Part shown: piece after piece, positions 35,844 to 45,278 of the stretch
Layout: each line of letters opens with the position of its first letter
How positions within the stretch are numbered: the stretch's first letter is position 1
Assembly: GCF_030696055.1 (NCBI RefSeq)
Contig: NZ_JAUYNP010000046.1
Location: 1-59,230, forward strand
DNA length: 59,230 nucleotides
From: Pseudomonas sp.
GTDB taxonomy: Bacteria; Pseudomonadota; Gammaproteobacteria; Pseudomonadales; Pseudomonadaceae
Direction of reading: 5' to 3'
Made by a program: the position numbers and the translations under genes
The notes under the pieces: model-generated
The model's database searches: none
Seen by the model: the letters and a program-made list of their open reading frames with translations, nothing else
What the model was told of the DNA's origin: nothing

Positions 35844-37718
35844 ATGACCCAACAATCCCAATTCGCGCTGCTGGGTAAAAAACGCTTCCTGCCGTTTTTC
35901 CTCACCCAATTGCTCGGCGCCTTCAACGACAACATCTTCAAGCAGTCGCTGATTCTCGCCATCCTGTTCAAACTCAACCTGGGCACGGACAAGGGCTTGC
36001 TGGTCAATCTCTGCGCCATGCTGTTTATCCTGCCGTTCTTCCTGTTTTCCGCCCTCGGTGGGCAGTTTGGCGAGAAGTTCGCCAAGGACTCGCTGATCCG
36101 CGTGATCAAGTTTGCCGAGATCATCATCATGCTGGTGGGGGCGACCGGGGTATTGCTGGGCAACCTGCCGCTGATGCTGCTGGTGCTGTTCGCCATGGGC
36201 ACGCATTCCTCGCTATTCGGCCCGGTGAAGTACTCGATTCTGCCGCAGCACCTGCAAGAGCAGGAGCTGGTCGGCGGCAATGCCCTGGTGGAAATGGGCA
36301 CCTTCCTGGCCATTCTCGCCGGCACCATTGGCGCCGGGATGATGATGGCCAGCAGTGCTTACGCCAGTTGGGTCGCCTCCTCCATTGTGCTGGTGGCGCT
36401 GCTCGGCTACCTGGCCAGCCGCGGCATTCCCCGGGCTGCAGCGGCCATGCCAGAGCTCAAGCTGGACTGGAATATCCTGCGCCAGTCCTGGCTGATCATG
36501 AAGCTGGGCCTGGGCCAGCGCCCGGCGGTGTCACGTTCCCTGGTGGGCAACTCCTGGTTCTGGTTTCTCGGCGCGGTGTACCTGACGCAGATTCCGGCCT
36601 ATGCCAAGGAGTGGCTGTATGGTGATGAAAGCGTGGTGACGCTGATTCTCACGGTGTTCTCCTTGGGCATAGGCCTGGGGTCGATGCTGTGCGAGCGCAT
36701 GAGCGGGCACAAGGTGGAAGTCGGCCTGGTGCCCTTCGGTTCCATGGGTTTGACCCTGTTCGGCATCCTGCTCTGGTGGCATTCCGGCGGCTTCCCCCAG
36801 GCGGCGGTGGCGCATGACTGGCTGGCGGTGCTGAGCCATGGCCAGGCCTGGTGGATTCTCGGTTCGATTATGGGCATCGGTCTGTTCGGCGGCTTTTACA
36901 TAGTGCCGCTGTATGCCCTGATCCAGTCGCGCACCGTGGAGCACGAAAGGGCGCGGGTGATCGCCGCCAACAACATCCTCAATGCGCTGTTTATGGTGAT
37001 CTCGGCGCTGGCCTCGATCCTGTTCCTGAGCCTGGCCAAGCTGTCGATTCCGCAGCTGTTTCTGGTCATCTCGCTGATGAATATCGCGGTCAACAGCTAC
37101 ATCTTCAAGATCGTCCCCGAATTCAGCATGCGCTTTCTTATCTGGCTGCTCAGTCACTCGATGTACCGGGTCGAGCACAAGGGCCTGGAGGCCATTCCCG
37201 ATGAGGGCGCGGCGGTGCTGGTGTGCAACCACGTGTCCTTCGTCGATGCGCTGCTGATCGGCGGCGCGGTGCGCCGGCCGGTGCGTTTCGTCATGTACTA
37301 CAAGATCTACAACCTGCCGGTGCTCAACTTTATCTTCCGCACCGCCGGCACCGTGCCGATTGCCGGGCGCAATGAAGATCTGCTGATCTACGACGCCGCC
37401 TTCAAGAAGATCGCCGAGTACCTGCGGGGTGGCGAGGTGGTGTGCCTCTTCCCGGAAGGCAAGTTGACCAGCGATGGCGAACTCAACGAGTTCAAGAGCG
37501 GGATCGAACGCATCATCGCGGAAAACCCGGTACCGGTGATTCCCATGGCATTGCAGGGGCTGTGGGGCAGCTTTTTCAGCCGCGATCCGCACAAGGGGTT
37601 GTTCAAGCGCCTATGGTCGCGGATTCAGCTGGTGGCCGGTCAACCGCTCGCCGCCGAAGTGGCCAAGCGCGAGCTGCTGCAAGCCCAGGTGGCGCAGCTG
37701 CGGGGGGATTGGCGTTAA
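35844..37718 (+). CDS. MFS (LplT-like) transporter fused to a PlsC-type acyltransferase
   Basis: FFLTQLLGAFNDN, FGPVKY; NHVSFVD and FPEG acyltransferase motifs. Confidence 0.88.
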   Translation: MTQQSQFALLGKKRFLPFFLTQLLGAFNDNIFKQSLILAILFKLNLGTDKGLLVNLCAMLFILPFFLFSALGGQFGEKFAKDSLIRVIKFAEIIIMLVGATGVLLGNLPLMLLVLFAMGTHSSLFGPVKYSILPQHLQEQELVGGNALVEMGTFLAILAGTIGAGMMMASSAYASWVASSIVLVALLGYLASRGIPRAAAAMPELKLDWNILRQSWLIMKLGLGQRPAVSRSLVGNSWFWFLGAVYLTQIPAYAKEWLYGDESVVTLILTVFSLGIGLGSMLCERMSGHKVEVGLVPFGSMGLTLFGILLWWHSGGFPQAAVAHDWLAVLSHGQAWWILGSIMGIGLFGGFYIVPLYALIQSRTVEHERARVIAANNILNALFMVISALASILFLSLAKLSIPQLFLVISLMNIAVNSYIFKIVPEFSMRFLIWLLSHSMYRVEHKGLEAIPDEGAAVLVCNHVSFVDALLIGGAVRRPVRFVMYYKIYNLPVLNFIFRTAGTVPIAGRNEDLLIYDAAFKKIAEYLRGGEVVCLFPEGKLTSDGELNEFKSGIERIIAENPVPVIPMALQGLWGSFFSRDPHKGLFKRLWSRIQLVAGQPLAAEVAKRELLQAQVAQLRGDWR

Positions 37719-37731
37719 GCCGCTGATCTAA

Positions 37732-37788
37732 GAAGGGCGGGCATAAACCGCCCGAACCATTGCAGTTGGGCTTTGTCGCCCAACCTAC
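37732..37788. repeat. Degenerate REP units
   Basis: GAAGGGCGGGCATAAACCGCCC and GTTGGGC-TTTGTC-GCCCAACCTAC. Confidence 0.6.
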
Positions 37789-37826
37789 GCACCATCCGGT
37801 TCAATACATCGCTGGGGGATAGGCAT

Positions 37827-37858
37827 AAAAAAGGCCAGTCGTATGACTGGCCTTTTTT
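37827..37858. terminator. Bidirectional intrinsic terminator
   Basis: A6-GGCCAGTC-GTAT-GACTGGCC-T6 between convergent genes. Confidence 0.85.
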
Positions 37859-37873
37859 ACGTTCAGCTATTAC

Positions 37874-39322
37874 TCAAGCGTTTTGCACATTGCCCGCAGG
37901 CAGCGGTTCACCGCGCAGGCCTATCACCTGGGGCAGCAACGAGCCGACCAGCATGCCGAAGGCGCTCAGCAGCAGGCCCACCAGTTGCGGTGGCCAGAAG
38001 TCGCTTTCCTGGTAGGTGAATTCCAGGCTCAGCCAGGACAGCAGGCCGAAGGCGATGGCCAGCAGTGCGCCTTGGGTGGTGGCGCGTTTCCAGAACAGAC
38101 CCGCGATCAAAGGCACCGAGGCGGCCACCAGGGTCACCTTGTAGGCGCTGCCCACCATCTCGTAGATGCTGGCATCGGAGTACAGGGCGAAGGTCGCGGT
38201 GATGACGGCGCAGGCGACAATGGTCAGACGCATGGCCTTGAGAAATTCGCGGTCGTTCATGTTCGGGCGAAAGCGCTTGAGCACGTTCTCGGTAAAGGTC
38301 ACCGAGGGCGCCAGCAGCGTGCCGGAGGCGGTGGACATGATGGCCGACAGCAGCGCGCCGAAGAACAATACCTGGGCGAATACCGGCGTGCGCTCCATGA
38401 TCAGGCTCGGCAGAATGATCTGCGGATCCTCGACCAGCAGTCGCTTGACCATCTCGGGATCGATCATCGAGGCGGCGTAGGTAAGGAAGATCGGCAGCAT
38501 GCAGAAGCTCAGGTAGAAGACCCCGCCGGCAATGGTGCCGCGCGCTGCGATTTTCTCGGTTTTCGCCGACATGATCCGGGCGTACACGTCCTGCTGCGGA
38601 ATGGAGCCGAGCATCATGGTCAGCGCGGCGCCGATAAAGGCGACTATATCCTTGGCATCCAGGCTACCGATAAAGCTGAACTTGCCGTCGCTGGCCGCCT
38701 GGGCGATGACTTTCTGCGGGCCGCCGGCCATGTCGCCGATCAGCCAGGTCAGATAGCCCAGGCCGACCACGATAATCGCCATCTGGAAGGTATCGGTCAG
38801 CGCCACCGACCACATGCCGCCGTACAGGGTGTAGACCAGCACTATCGCGGTGCCGATTAGCATGCCCTGGGTAGTGCTGATGGAGCCGTCGGACAGTACG
38901 TTGAACACCACCCCAAGTGCGGTAAGTTGGGCGGCGATCCAGCCCAGGTAGGAGGCCATGATCACCAGGCTGGTCAGCAGTTCGACATGCGGGCCGAAGC
39001 GTTTGCGGAAGAAGTCGCCGAGGGTCAGCAGATTCATGCGGTACAGCTTGCGGGCGAAAATAAAGCCCACCAGCATCAGGCAACCGAAGGAGCCGAAGGG
39101 GTCTTCAACTATCCCGGCAAAACCTTCTTGGATAAAAGTAGCCGGAATGCCCAATACGGCTTCCGAGCCAAACCAGGTGGCAAACACCATCGCCATCACT
39201 ATCGGGAACGACATGCTGCGCCCGCCGGCAGCGAAGTCTTTTGAGTTATGCACGCGCGTCGAAGCGTAGATACCAATACCTACTGTGACCAGCAGGTAAC
39301 CCACAACAAACCAGATCAGCAT
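37874..39322 (-). CDS. Sodium:solute symporter (SLC5) family protein
   Basis: FATWFG, YTLYGGMWSVALTD, GSIPQQD, SAIMSTAS; start set at MLIWFVV. Confidence 0.9.
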   Translation of the reverse strand: MLIWFVVGYLLVTVGIGIYASTRVHNSKDFAAGGRSMSFPIVMAMVFATWFGSEAVLGIPATFIQEGFAGIVEDPFGSFGCLMLVGFIFARKLYRMNLLTLGDFFRKRFGPHVELLTSLVIMASYLGWIAAQLTALGVVFNVLSDGSISTTQGMLIGTAIVLVYTLYGGMWSVALTDTFQMAIIVVGLGYLTWLIGDMAGGPQKVIAQAASDGKFSFIGSLDAKDIVAFIGAALTMMLGSIPQQDVYARIMSAKTEKIAARGTIAGGVFYLSFCMLPIFLTYAASMIDPEMVKRLLVEDPQIILPSLIMERTPVFAQVLFFGALLSAIMSTASGTLLAPSVTFTENVLKRFRPNMNDREFLKAMRLTIVACAVITATFALYSDASIYEMVGSAYKVTLVAASVPLIAGLFWKRATTQGALLAIAFGLLSWLSLEFTYQESDFWPPQLVGLLLSAFGMLVGSLLPQVIGLRGEPLPAGNVQNA

Positions 39323-39504
39323 GTGTTTTTGTTCCAGTGGCTCTGGCCTGCCGGGGGTTCGCCGGCTTGCACAAGGCAATCCGAACAGAACGACGCGACA
39401 GGCGACAAATTGTTGTTTTGGTTGATGGGTCAGCCACACTGGCTGCCAGGAAAGCCGATGGGCTGCCCGGTAGCCAGGCGATTTGCCTGACACCACGGTC
39501 GCGC

Positions 39505-39532
39505 AGTCTGCCAATCTCGTAAAATATGTCAA
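39505..39532 (-). promoter_or_regulatory. Sigma70 promoter candidate for the symporter
   Basis: Minus strand TTGACA-N16-CAGACT with an extended -10 TG. Confidence 0.5.
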
Positions 39533-39990
39533 ACAAATACGACGAATTGATCGGTTAAAAATTACAGGCGGGGTTAGTGCGATGACCTTATTGTTAAGTA
39601 AGCTACTGATTTATAACGAAGTTAAAATTAGTCTTGTGAGTAGGTAGTTTTTTATTTTCAACACTGCTGTGCCCTTTCTTGCAGGCGCTAAATCGCATCC
39701 GCGCAACCCGGGTTGGCGACCGCAGCAGTGCCGCGCCTGGCGTGGAAAATGCGCCGGGGCGGGTAGGCCAACTGGCAGCTATCCAGATGGGCGCGTTGGA
39801 GGCCTTAGCGGCCGAACGGGCTGAGCCGGTGCAGGCTATTCGCCGAAAATGCTCGGCTGTTCGCCGCGTGTTTGTCGCAGTGCCAAGGCTCGGCCTCGGC
39901 TTGCGGTATTGGGGTGGTGCACTAAAAAGCCTACCAATGGGCGGGCTTCTAGTGTCAGCGATTGGGTTCGTCCGCAGTCTTTGTGGCGCT

Positions 39991-40305
39991 TTAGTGGCTG
40001 AGCTTAAGGCCGAGCAGGCCGCAGATAATCAGCGCCACGCTGGCCAGGCGGATCAGCGCCATGGACTCGCCAAACAGGATGATCCCGGCGATCACCGTGC
40101 CTATGGCGCCGATGCCGGTCCAGATCGCGTAAGCGGTGCCCAGGGGTAATTGCTTCATGGCCAGGCCCAGCAGGAGCAGGCTGACGAGCATGGCGGCGAC
40201 TGTCAGTAAGCTGGGGATGGGGCGGGAGAAGCCGTCGGTGTACTTCAGCCCGACAGCCCAGGCGACCTCGAACAGGCCGGCGAAAAACAGAATGATCCAA
40301 GACAT
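39991..40305 (-). CDS. gdx: SMR-family guanidinium exporter Gdx (SugE)
   Basis: [40 protein letters not shown]; riboswitch upstream. Confidence 0.92.
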   Translation of the reverse strand: MSWIILFFAGLFEVAWAVGLKYTDGFSRPIPSLLTVAAMLVSLLLLGLAMKQLPLGTAYAIWTGIGAIGTVIAGIILFGESMALIRLASVALIICGLLGLKLSH

Positions 40306-40329
40306 TGCGAGCTCCAGAGCGGCAGGGTA

Positions 40330-40377
40330 GGGGCCGTCCCCGGATGCTCACTCAGCGAGTGGTGAGGTCGTCCTCAC
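40330..40377 (-). ncRNA. Guanidine-II (mini-ykkC) riboswitch
   Basis: Two ACGR-loop hairpins, GTGAGG-ACGA-CCTCAC and GGGG-ACGG-CCCC, just upstream of the gdx RBS. Confidence 0.92.
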
Positions 40378-40465
40378 GCCGTGCAGTATTTTGCACATTG
40401 GCCTGAACAAGGCAAGCGGCCCGGGATAGCTGGCGGGTTCCCGGGCGCTCGCGCCGCAGTAGATT

Positions 40466-41386
40466 TTAGATGCCCTGAGGAATTTCTTCGCCGCCCAGGG
40501 CTTCGAACAGGGCCGGGAGGAATTCGACCAGGGTCAGCATCATCAGGGTGAAGCTGGCGTCCTGCTGGCCGAGGGCATCGTCGCCGCCGTCCTGTTCGGC
40601 CTGGTCCTGCAGTAGGTCCTCAAAGCGCAGGCGCTTGACCACCAGCTTGTCGTCCAGCACGAAGGACAGTTTGTCCTGCCAGGCCAGGGACAGTTGGGTC
40701 ACTTGCTTGCCCGAGGTCATGTGCAGCTGGATTTCATCGCTGGTCAGGTCCTGGCGCTTGCAGCGCACCACGCCACCGTCTTCGTGAGTGTCGCGCAACT
40801 CGCATTCGTCCAGCACATGGAAGTCGGCGGCGGCCTTCTGCGCCTTGACCCAATCGGTCAGAGTCGCGCTCGGGGCTATCTTCACGGTCAGCGGGCGCAC
40901 CGGCAGCGAGCCGATGGCTTCGCGCAGGGTGGACAGCAGGTCTTCGGCGCGCTTGGGGCTGGAGGCATCGACCAGGATCAGGCCCTGCTTCGGTGCGATG
41001 GCGGCGAAGGTGGCGGATTTGCGGATAAAGGCGCGCGGCAGGAAAGTCTGCACTATTTCGTCTTTCAGCTGATCGCGTTCCTTCTTGTAGACCTTGCGCA
41101 TCTGCTCGGCTTCGATCTCATCGACCTTGTCCTTCAGCGCATCGCGTACCACGCTGCCGGGCAGAATGCGTTCTTCCTTGCGCGCGGCGATCAGCAGGAA
41201 ATCACCGCTGACATGCACCAGCGGCGCATCGCCACCTTTGCCGAAGGGCGCGACAAAGCCGTAGGTGCTGAGTTCCTGGCTGGCGCACGAACGGGCCGGT
41301 TTGGCGGCCAGGGCAGCCTCTAAGGCCTCGGAGTCGAAGGGGATGTTCTGGGTGAGGCGATAAACCAGCAGGTTACGAAACCACAT
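40466..41386 (-). CDS. rdgC: Recombination-associated protein RdgC
   Basis: [30 protein letters not shown]. Confidence 0.93.
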   Translation of the reverse strand: MWFRNLLVYRLTQNIPFDSEALEAALAAKPARSCASQELSTYGFVAPFGKGGDAPLVHVSGDFLLIAARKEERILPGSVVRDALKDKVDEIEAEQMRKVYKKERDQLKDEIVQTFLPRAFIRKSATFAAIAPKQGLILVDASSPKRAEDLLSTLREAIGSLPVRPLTVKIAPSATLTDWVKAQKAAADFHVLDECELRDTHEDGGVVRCKRQDLTSDEIQLHMTSGKQVTQLSLAWQDKLSFVLDDKLVVKRLRFEDLLQDQAEQDGGDDALGQQDASFTLMMLTLVEFLPALFEALGGEEIPQGI

Positions 41387-41600
41387 AAGGGGATGACTCT
41401 CCATTAACAGGCCTGCCCTGCGGCAGGCAGCATAAGCTTTCAGCGCCTGGTTCCAGTCCAGAACCAGGGGTGCAGATCGGTGAGATGCGCTGCTCGGCTT
41501 GCACGTTGCATTCGGGGGCGCATTATTCCCCTGCTTGCTGCTCGAGGCCAAGTCTGCGCTAAGCCATTGCTGTGTCGATAAAAAATATTTAAATCAGGAC

Positions 41601-41636
41601 TTGCCAAGGTCTGGATGGCTGTCTAGAATGCGCCCC
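41601..41636 (+). promoter_or_regulatory. Sigma70 stable-RNA promoter with a GC-rich discriminator
   Basis: TTGCCA-N17-TAGAAT-GCGCCCC; AT-rich UP region upstream. Confidence 0.75.
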
Positions 41637-41650
41637 ACTTCGAGAGTGAA

Positions 41651-41726
41651 GGGTGATTAGCTCAGCTGGGAGAGCATCTGCCTTACAAGCAGAGGGTCGG
41701 CGGTTCGATCCCGTCATCACCCACCA
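41651..41726 (+). tRNA. tRNA-Val(TAC)
   Basis: GGGTGATTAGCTCAG...anticodon loop CTTACAA...GGTTCGATCC...ACCA, 76 nt. Confidence 0.97.
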
Positions 41727-41746
41727 ACTCGCCTTCGAGGTTACGC

Positions 41747-41823
41747 GCAGCGGTAGTTCAGTCGGTTAGAATACCGGCCTGTCACGCCGGGGGTCGCGGG
41801 TTCGAGTCCCGTCCGCTGCGCCA
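41747..41823 (+). tRNA. tRNA-Asp(GTC)
   Basis: GCAGCGGTAGTTCAG...anticodon loop CTGTCAC...GGTTCGAGTCC...GCCA, 77 nt. Confidence 0.97.
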
Positions 41824-42018
41824 TTTTTATCCTCGCTTCACCTCCCCTGTGACACTTCGCAACACCTCCTCAAAATCTTCCGCTCAATTCAGCTAAACAT
41901 CTGAACTTATACGCATTTTCTGTCTCCTAACACGGTAGCCAGTGATCGCGGCAGCCTGCTAAGCTCGCGCCTTCACACGATATCGACAGCCCTAGGGCGC
42001 AGCGGACAAGGAACAAGC

Positions 42019-42738
42019 ATGAAACAGCATCGTTTAGCAGCGGCGGTCGCCCTGGTGGGTTTGGTTCTCGCCGGTTGTGATTCGCAAACCAGCAAAGTCA
42101 CCCTGGAAACCCCGGCGCAGAAGGCTTCCTATGGTATTGGCCTGAATATGGGCAAGAGCCTGGCGCAAGAAGGCATGGATGACCTGGATTCGAACGCCGT
42201 GGCTCAAGGCATCGAAGACGCCATCGGCAAGAAAGAACAGCGCCTGAAAGACGAAGAGCTGATCGAAGCCTTTGCCTTCCTGCAAAAGCGTGCCGAAGAG
42301 CGCATGGTTACTCTGAATAAAGAGTCGGCCGAGGCCGGCAAGAAATTCCTCGCAGACAACGCCAAGCGTGAAGGTGTGACCACTACCGCTTCCGGCCTGC
42401 AGTACGAAGTGGTGCAGAAAGCCGAAGGCGCCCAGCCGAAAGCGACCGACGTGGTGACAGTTCACTACGAAGGCAAGCTGACCGATGGCAAGGTATTCGA
42501 CAGCTCGGTCGAACGCGGCAGCCCAATCGATCTGCCGGTCAGCGGCGTGATTCCGGGTTGGATCGAAGGCCTGCAGTTGATGCATGTCGGCGAGAAGTAC
42601 AAGTTCTATATCCCGAGCGAGCTGGCCTATGGCGAGCAAAGCCCGACTCCGGCCATTCCGGCCAACTCGGTGCTGGTGTTCGATCTGGAGCTGATTGCGA
42701 TTAAAGACGCCGCCGCTGCCGCAGACACTGCACAGTAA
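42019..42738 (+). CDS. FKBP-type peptidyl-prolyl isomerase (FkpA/Mip-like lipoprotein)
   Basis: Lipobox LAGC; SYGIG, SGLQY, VHYEG, FDSS, VIPGW, LAYG. Confidence 0.93.
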   Translation: MKQHRLAAAVALVGLVLAGCDSQTSKVTLETPAQKASYGIGLNMGKSLAQEGMDDLDSNAVAQGIEDAIGKKEQRLKDEELIEAFAFLQKRAEERMVTLNKESAEAGKKFLADNAKREGVTTTASGLQYEVVQKAEGAQPKATDVVTVHYEGKLTDGKVFDSSVERGSPIDLPVSGVIPGWIEGLQLMHVGEKYKFYIPSELAYGEQSPTPAIPANSVLVFDLELIAIKDAAAAADTAQ

Positions 42739-42755
42739 TTTTCCCGCGGTACAAG

Positions 42756-42789
42756 CAACGCCCCGTTTCGACGGGGCGTTGTCGTTTCT
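42756..42789 (+). terminator. Intrinsic terminator after the FKBP gene
   Basis: CAACGCCCCGT-TTCG-ACGGGGCGTTG followed by TCGTTTCT. Confidence 0.75.
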
Positions 42790-42931
42790 GGCGCCGATAA
42801 AGCGCAACATGGGCTTGACTGAGCGGTCTTAAAAGCACTGCAGGGCTGCCTGGCTGTTACGGTTATGCACATTTCCCATAATGGCTGTCGAGGGTTACGG
42901 GAAACGTCTTATAAAAACCATTTGTTATTTT

Positions 42932-43065
42932 TAACATATTGATTTATATGAGATTTTAAGTGCTGGATAAAAAATGCCCGATCTGTGGCGAGGCCGCATG
43001 GGCTGGGCGTTTGGCTGGCTTATGGATAATCTGTTCACAAGGTTATCCACAGCTTTAGTGGATAA
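42932..43065. promoter_or_regulatory. DnaA-box cluster with IHF and Fis sites (DARS/datA-like locus 2)
   Basis: CTGTTCACA 43031-43039, TTATCCACA 43043-43051, inverted AGTGGATAA 43057-43065; IHF consensus at 42932-42944 (minus); Fis consensus GGATAAAAAATGCCC at 42965-42979. Confidence 0.7.
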
Positions 43066-43109
43066 CCCAGGCGGGCCCAGCAAGCACGCGGGATTGACGA
43101 GATAGGGCG

Positions 43110-43538
43110 ATGATCGAAGCGAAAAATTTCTCGCGTTACCTGATTTTGGCACGGCGTTTCCTCAGCGCTGGGCGCTTACCCGCATTGCTTCTGGCGGTGG
43201 CGCGTAAGCGCGAGCAGAGCGGGCAATCCCTGGCCGCGCTACGCGCGGATCTCGGCCTGTTGCAGAGTCTCTGCATCGCTTGGTGGCGGGGCGAATACCG
43301 GGCAATCAGTGGGCAGGCGTTACTGGCGATTGTGGCCGCCTTGCTGTACTTCGTAACACCCTTGGATGCGTTACCGGATTGGTTGCCGGTAGCAGGCTTT
43401 ATCGATGACCTGGCAGTGCTGGCCTGGGTAATACGCAGCTGGCGTGCGGAGCTTGGCGCTTTTCAGGCTTGGCGAGCGGCCCAGACGCCCGAGGCGCTGC
43501 GGTTGATTGAGCGTCTGCCATTGGACGGGAATGAATAA
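43110..43538 (+). CDS. YkvA/DUF1232 membrane protein
   Basis: LLYFVTPLDALPDWLPVAGFIDD. Confidence 0.85.
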   Translation: MIEAKNFSRYLILARRFLSAGRLPALLLAVARKREQSGQSLAALRADLGLLQSLCIAWWRGEYRAISGQALLAIVAALLYFVTPLDALPDWLPVAGFIDDLAVLAWVIRSWRAELGAFQAWRAAQTPEALRLIERLPLDGNE

Positions 43539-43571
43539 GCAAACATCCAGGGGGCCGATCAGCCCTGATGT

Positions 43572-44342
43572 TCAGCTGTTATCGAGCATCTGGCTGATGC
43601 TGCCCGTGTCGCGCAGCTCCTGCAGAACCTTATCCAGGCGTTCGGCGCTGACAGGCAGCGTTGGGCCGTAGGTGCAGTGCATGTCGTAGCGTTGGATCAC
43701 CCAGGGGCTGAATTGCAGGGGCGCAGCCGGACCTTGGGCCAATTGGAAGTTGATTGGCCGGCGCATATCGATGATCGCGTCCAGGCGTTGTTTTTTCAGC
43801 AGGTTCAGGCTGGTCTTGAGGTCGCGGACATCCTGTCGGGTCACCTGATGGTTGGCGAAGGCAGCCATCAGTGGGACGCTGTAGACATAGCCCAGCTGAG
43901 TGCCGAGGACCTTGCCATAGAGATCATCCAGGCTGCCGATGGGGGCTTGCTGGCGATGCTGCAGGAGCACGTCTTCCTCTTCGTAGAGCGGAGGGGACCA
44001 GTGATAGCGCAGCGGCTCGGCCATCCACTGCGGATTGTTATTGCAGATCACATGGATATGCCCGCGCTGCATAAACTCTTCGACGCGCTTGTTCGGCGTT
44101 TCCACGAAGTGGACAGCCAGCCCCAGGCGTTGGCTGGTCTCTTGACCCAATTGGTAGATAAAACCGCCGCGCAGCTGCTGGTCGACCACATCGACATAGG
44201 GCATGCCGTCGGCAGTGGCAAAGCCCCAGCGCAACTCCTGCGCGTTGCAGCAGGCCGCGCTGCAGGCCACTAACACGAATATCAATGCACGCAACGCACA
44301 GCCCTCGGCTGGGTGGGGCAACGTCTGGGCAGTATAGAACAC
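43572..44342 (-). CDS. Family 3-like periplasmic substrate-binding protein (start uncertain, possibly TTG 44294)
   Basis: Signal peptide, MPY, PNKR, DLYGKVLGTQLGYVY, RLDAII. Confidence 0.75.
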   Translation of the reverse strand: MFYTAQTLPHPAEGCALRALIFVLVACSAACCNAQELRWGFATADGMPYVDVVDQQLRGGFIYQLGQETSQRLGLAVHFVETPNKRVEEFMQRGHIHVICNNNPQWMAEPLRYHWSPPLYEEEDVLLQHRQQAPIGSLDDLYGKVLGTQLGYVYSVPLMAAFANHQVTRQDVRDLKTSLNLLKKQRLDAIIDMRRPINFQLAQGPAAPLQFSPWVIQRYDMHCTYGPTLPVSAERLDKVLQELRDTGSISQMLDNS

Positions 44343-44595
44343 CCGCTTTACCCCGACGGACTGTTAAGATGGCGGCCTGTACTGAGAGACTGTGAAACAA
44401 CTCTCGCCCGCAGCGAGCGCTTCCAGGCACCCGCTGCGGGCGTAGCGCAGCCTTGCCGCGATCGACTGGAAATACTCTGGTCACGGAGTTCGATTTTTCA
44501 CAGGCTCTGAGCCGGATAAGACAGTTGCTGGGCCCTGTGGTCGCTATTCCCGCCCTGTAAACGGCGCGCCCAGTAGTTCGCATGGAGATTTACCG

Positions 44596-44916
44596 ATGAA
44601 TGTGCAAGTGATCGAGCGCGATGGCGAGCCGGAGTATGCGGTGCTGCCCTGGGCGCAGTATCAGGCGTTGTTGCAGGCGGCTGGACGTCCGCCCGTAGTC
44701 GTCACAGAGGTGGTGGACGCACCTAAGCCGGCCCTGAGCCAGTTGACGGCCCTGCGTGAGGCCAAAGGCCTGAGCGCCGAGCAGCTGGCGCGCAATGTGG
44801 GGATCAGCCCGCATTACCTGGGGATGATCGAGAGCGGCGAGCGTCAGCCGGATGCGGCCATTCAGCGGGCCTTGGCCTGGCATCTGGGTGTGGATGGTTG
44901 GGAGTTGCAGCCTTGA
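44596..44916 (+). CDS. XRE-family HTH protein with an antitoxin-like N-terminus
   Basis: RDGEPEYAVLPW..Y..L; LREAKGLS.EQLA..VGIS..YL.MIESGER. Confidence 0.8.
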   Translation: MNVQVIERDGEPEYAVLPWAQYQALLQAAGRPPVVVTEVVDAPKPALSQLTALREAKGLSAEQLARNVGISPHYLGMIESGERQPDAAIQRALAWHLGVDGWELQP

Positions 44917-45278
44917 GCGTGAGTATCAGTCGCCACCACTGGCAAGCCCTGCTCGCCGAACTTGAGGATGCCCAGCGGCAACGTCATCTGTTGACCTACC
45001 GCGCCCTGATCGAACGCTTGTCCCTGCCCACGCCGGCCCTGCAAACCCTGGCCGCGGCCCTGGAGCATCTGGCGGCCCTGGATGCGCGTGCCGAACGACC
45101 ATTGCGCAGTGCCCTGGTCATCAGTCAGGGCGCCAGCCGTTTGCCGCGTACCGGCTTCTTCGACTGTGTCACCCGCCTGGGCCGCTTTACCGGGGCTTCC
45201 GACGGTATCGCCGCGGCATCCTGGCATGCCGCCGAAGTGGCGCGGGTATTCGAGTTCCGCTACCCCGAGGAGGGCTAG
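44913..45278 (+). CDS. Hypothetical protein (small wHTH-like domain)
   Basis: TTGA overlap; LTYRAL...PLRSALV...LPRTGFF pattern. Confidence 0.65.
   Translation: MSVSISRHHWQALLAELEDAQRQRHLLTYRALIERLSLPTPALQTLAAALEHLAALDARAERPLRSALVISQGASRLPRTGFFDCVTRLGRFTGASDGIAAASWHAAEVARVFEFRYPEEG

Noticed and set aside
39679-40149. 156-aa plus-strand ORF upstream of and overlapping gdx
   Set aside because: No recognisable domain or RBS, and it overlaps gdx on the opposite strand.
41651-42018. tRNA pair as a possible genomic-island integration site
   Set aside because: No integrase and no duplicated tRNA 3' end seen; the flanks (rdgC, FKBP gene) look like core genes.
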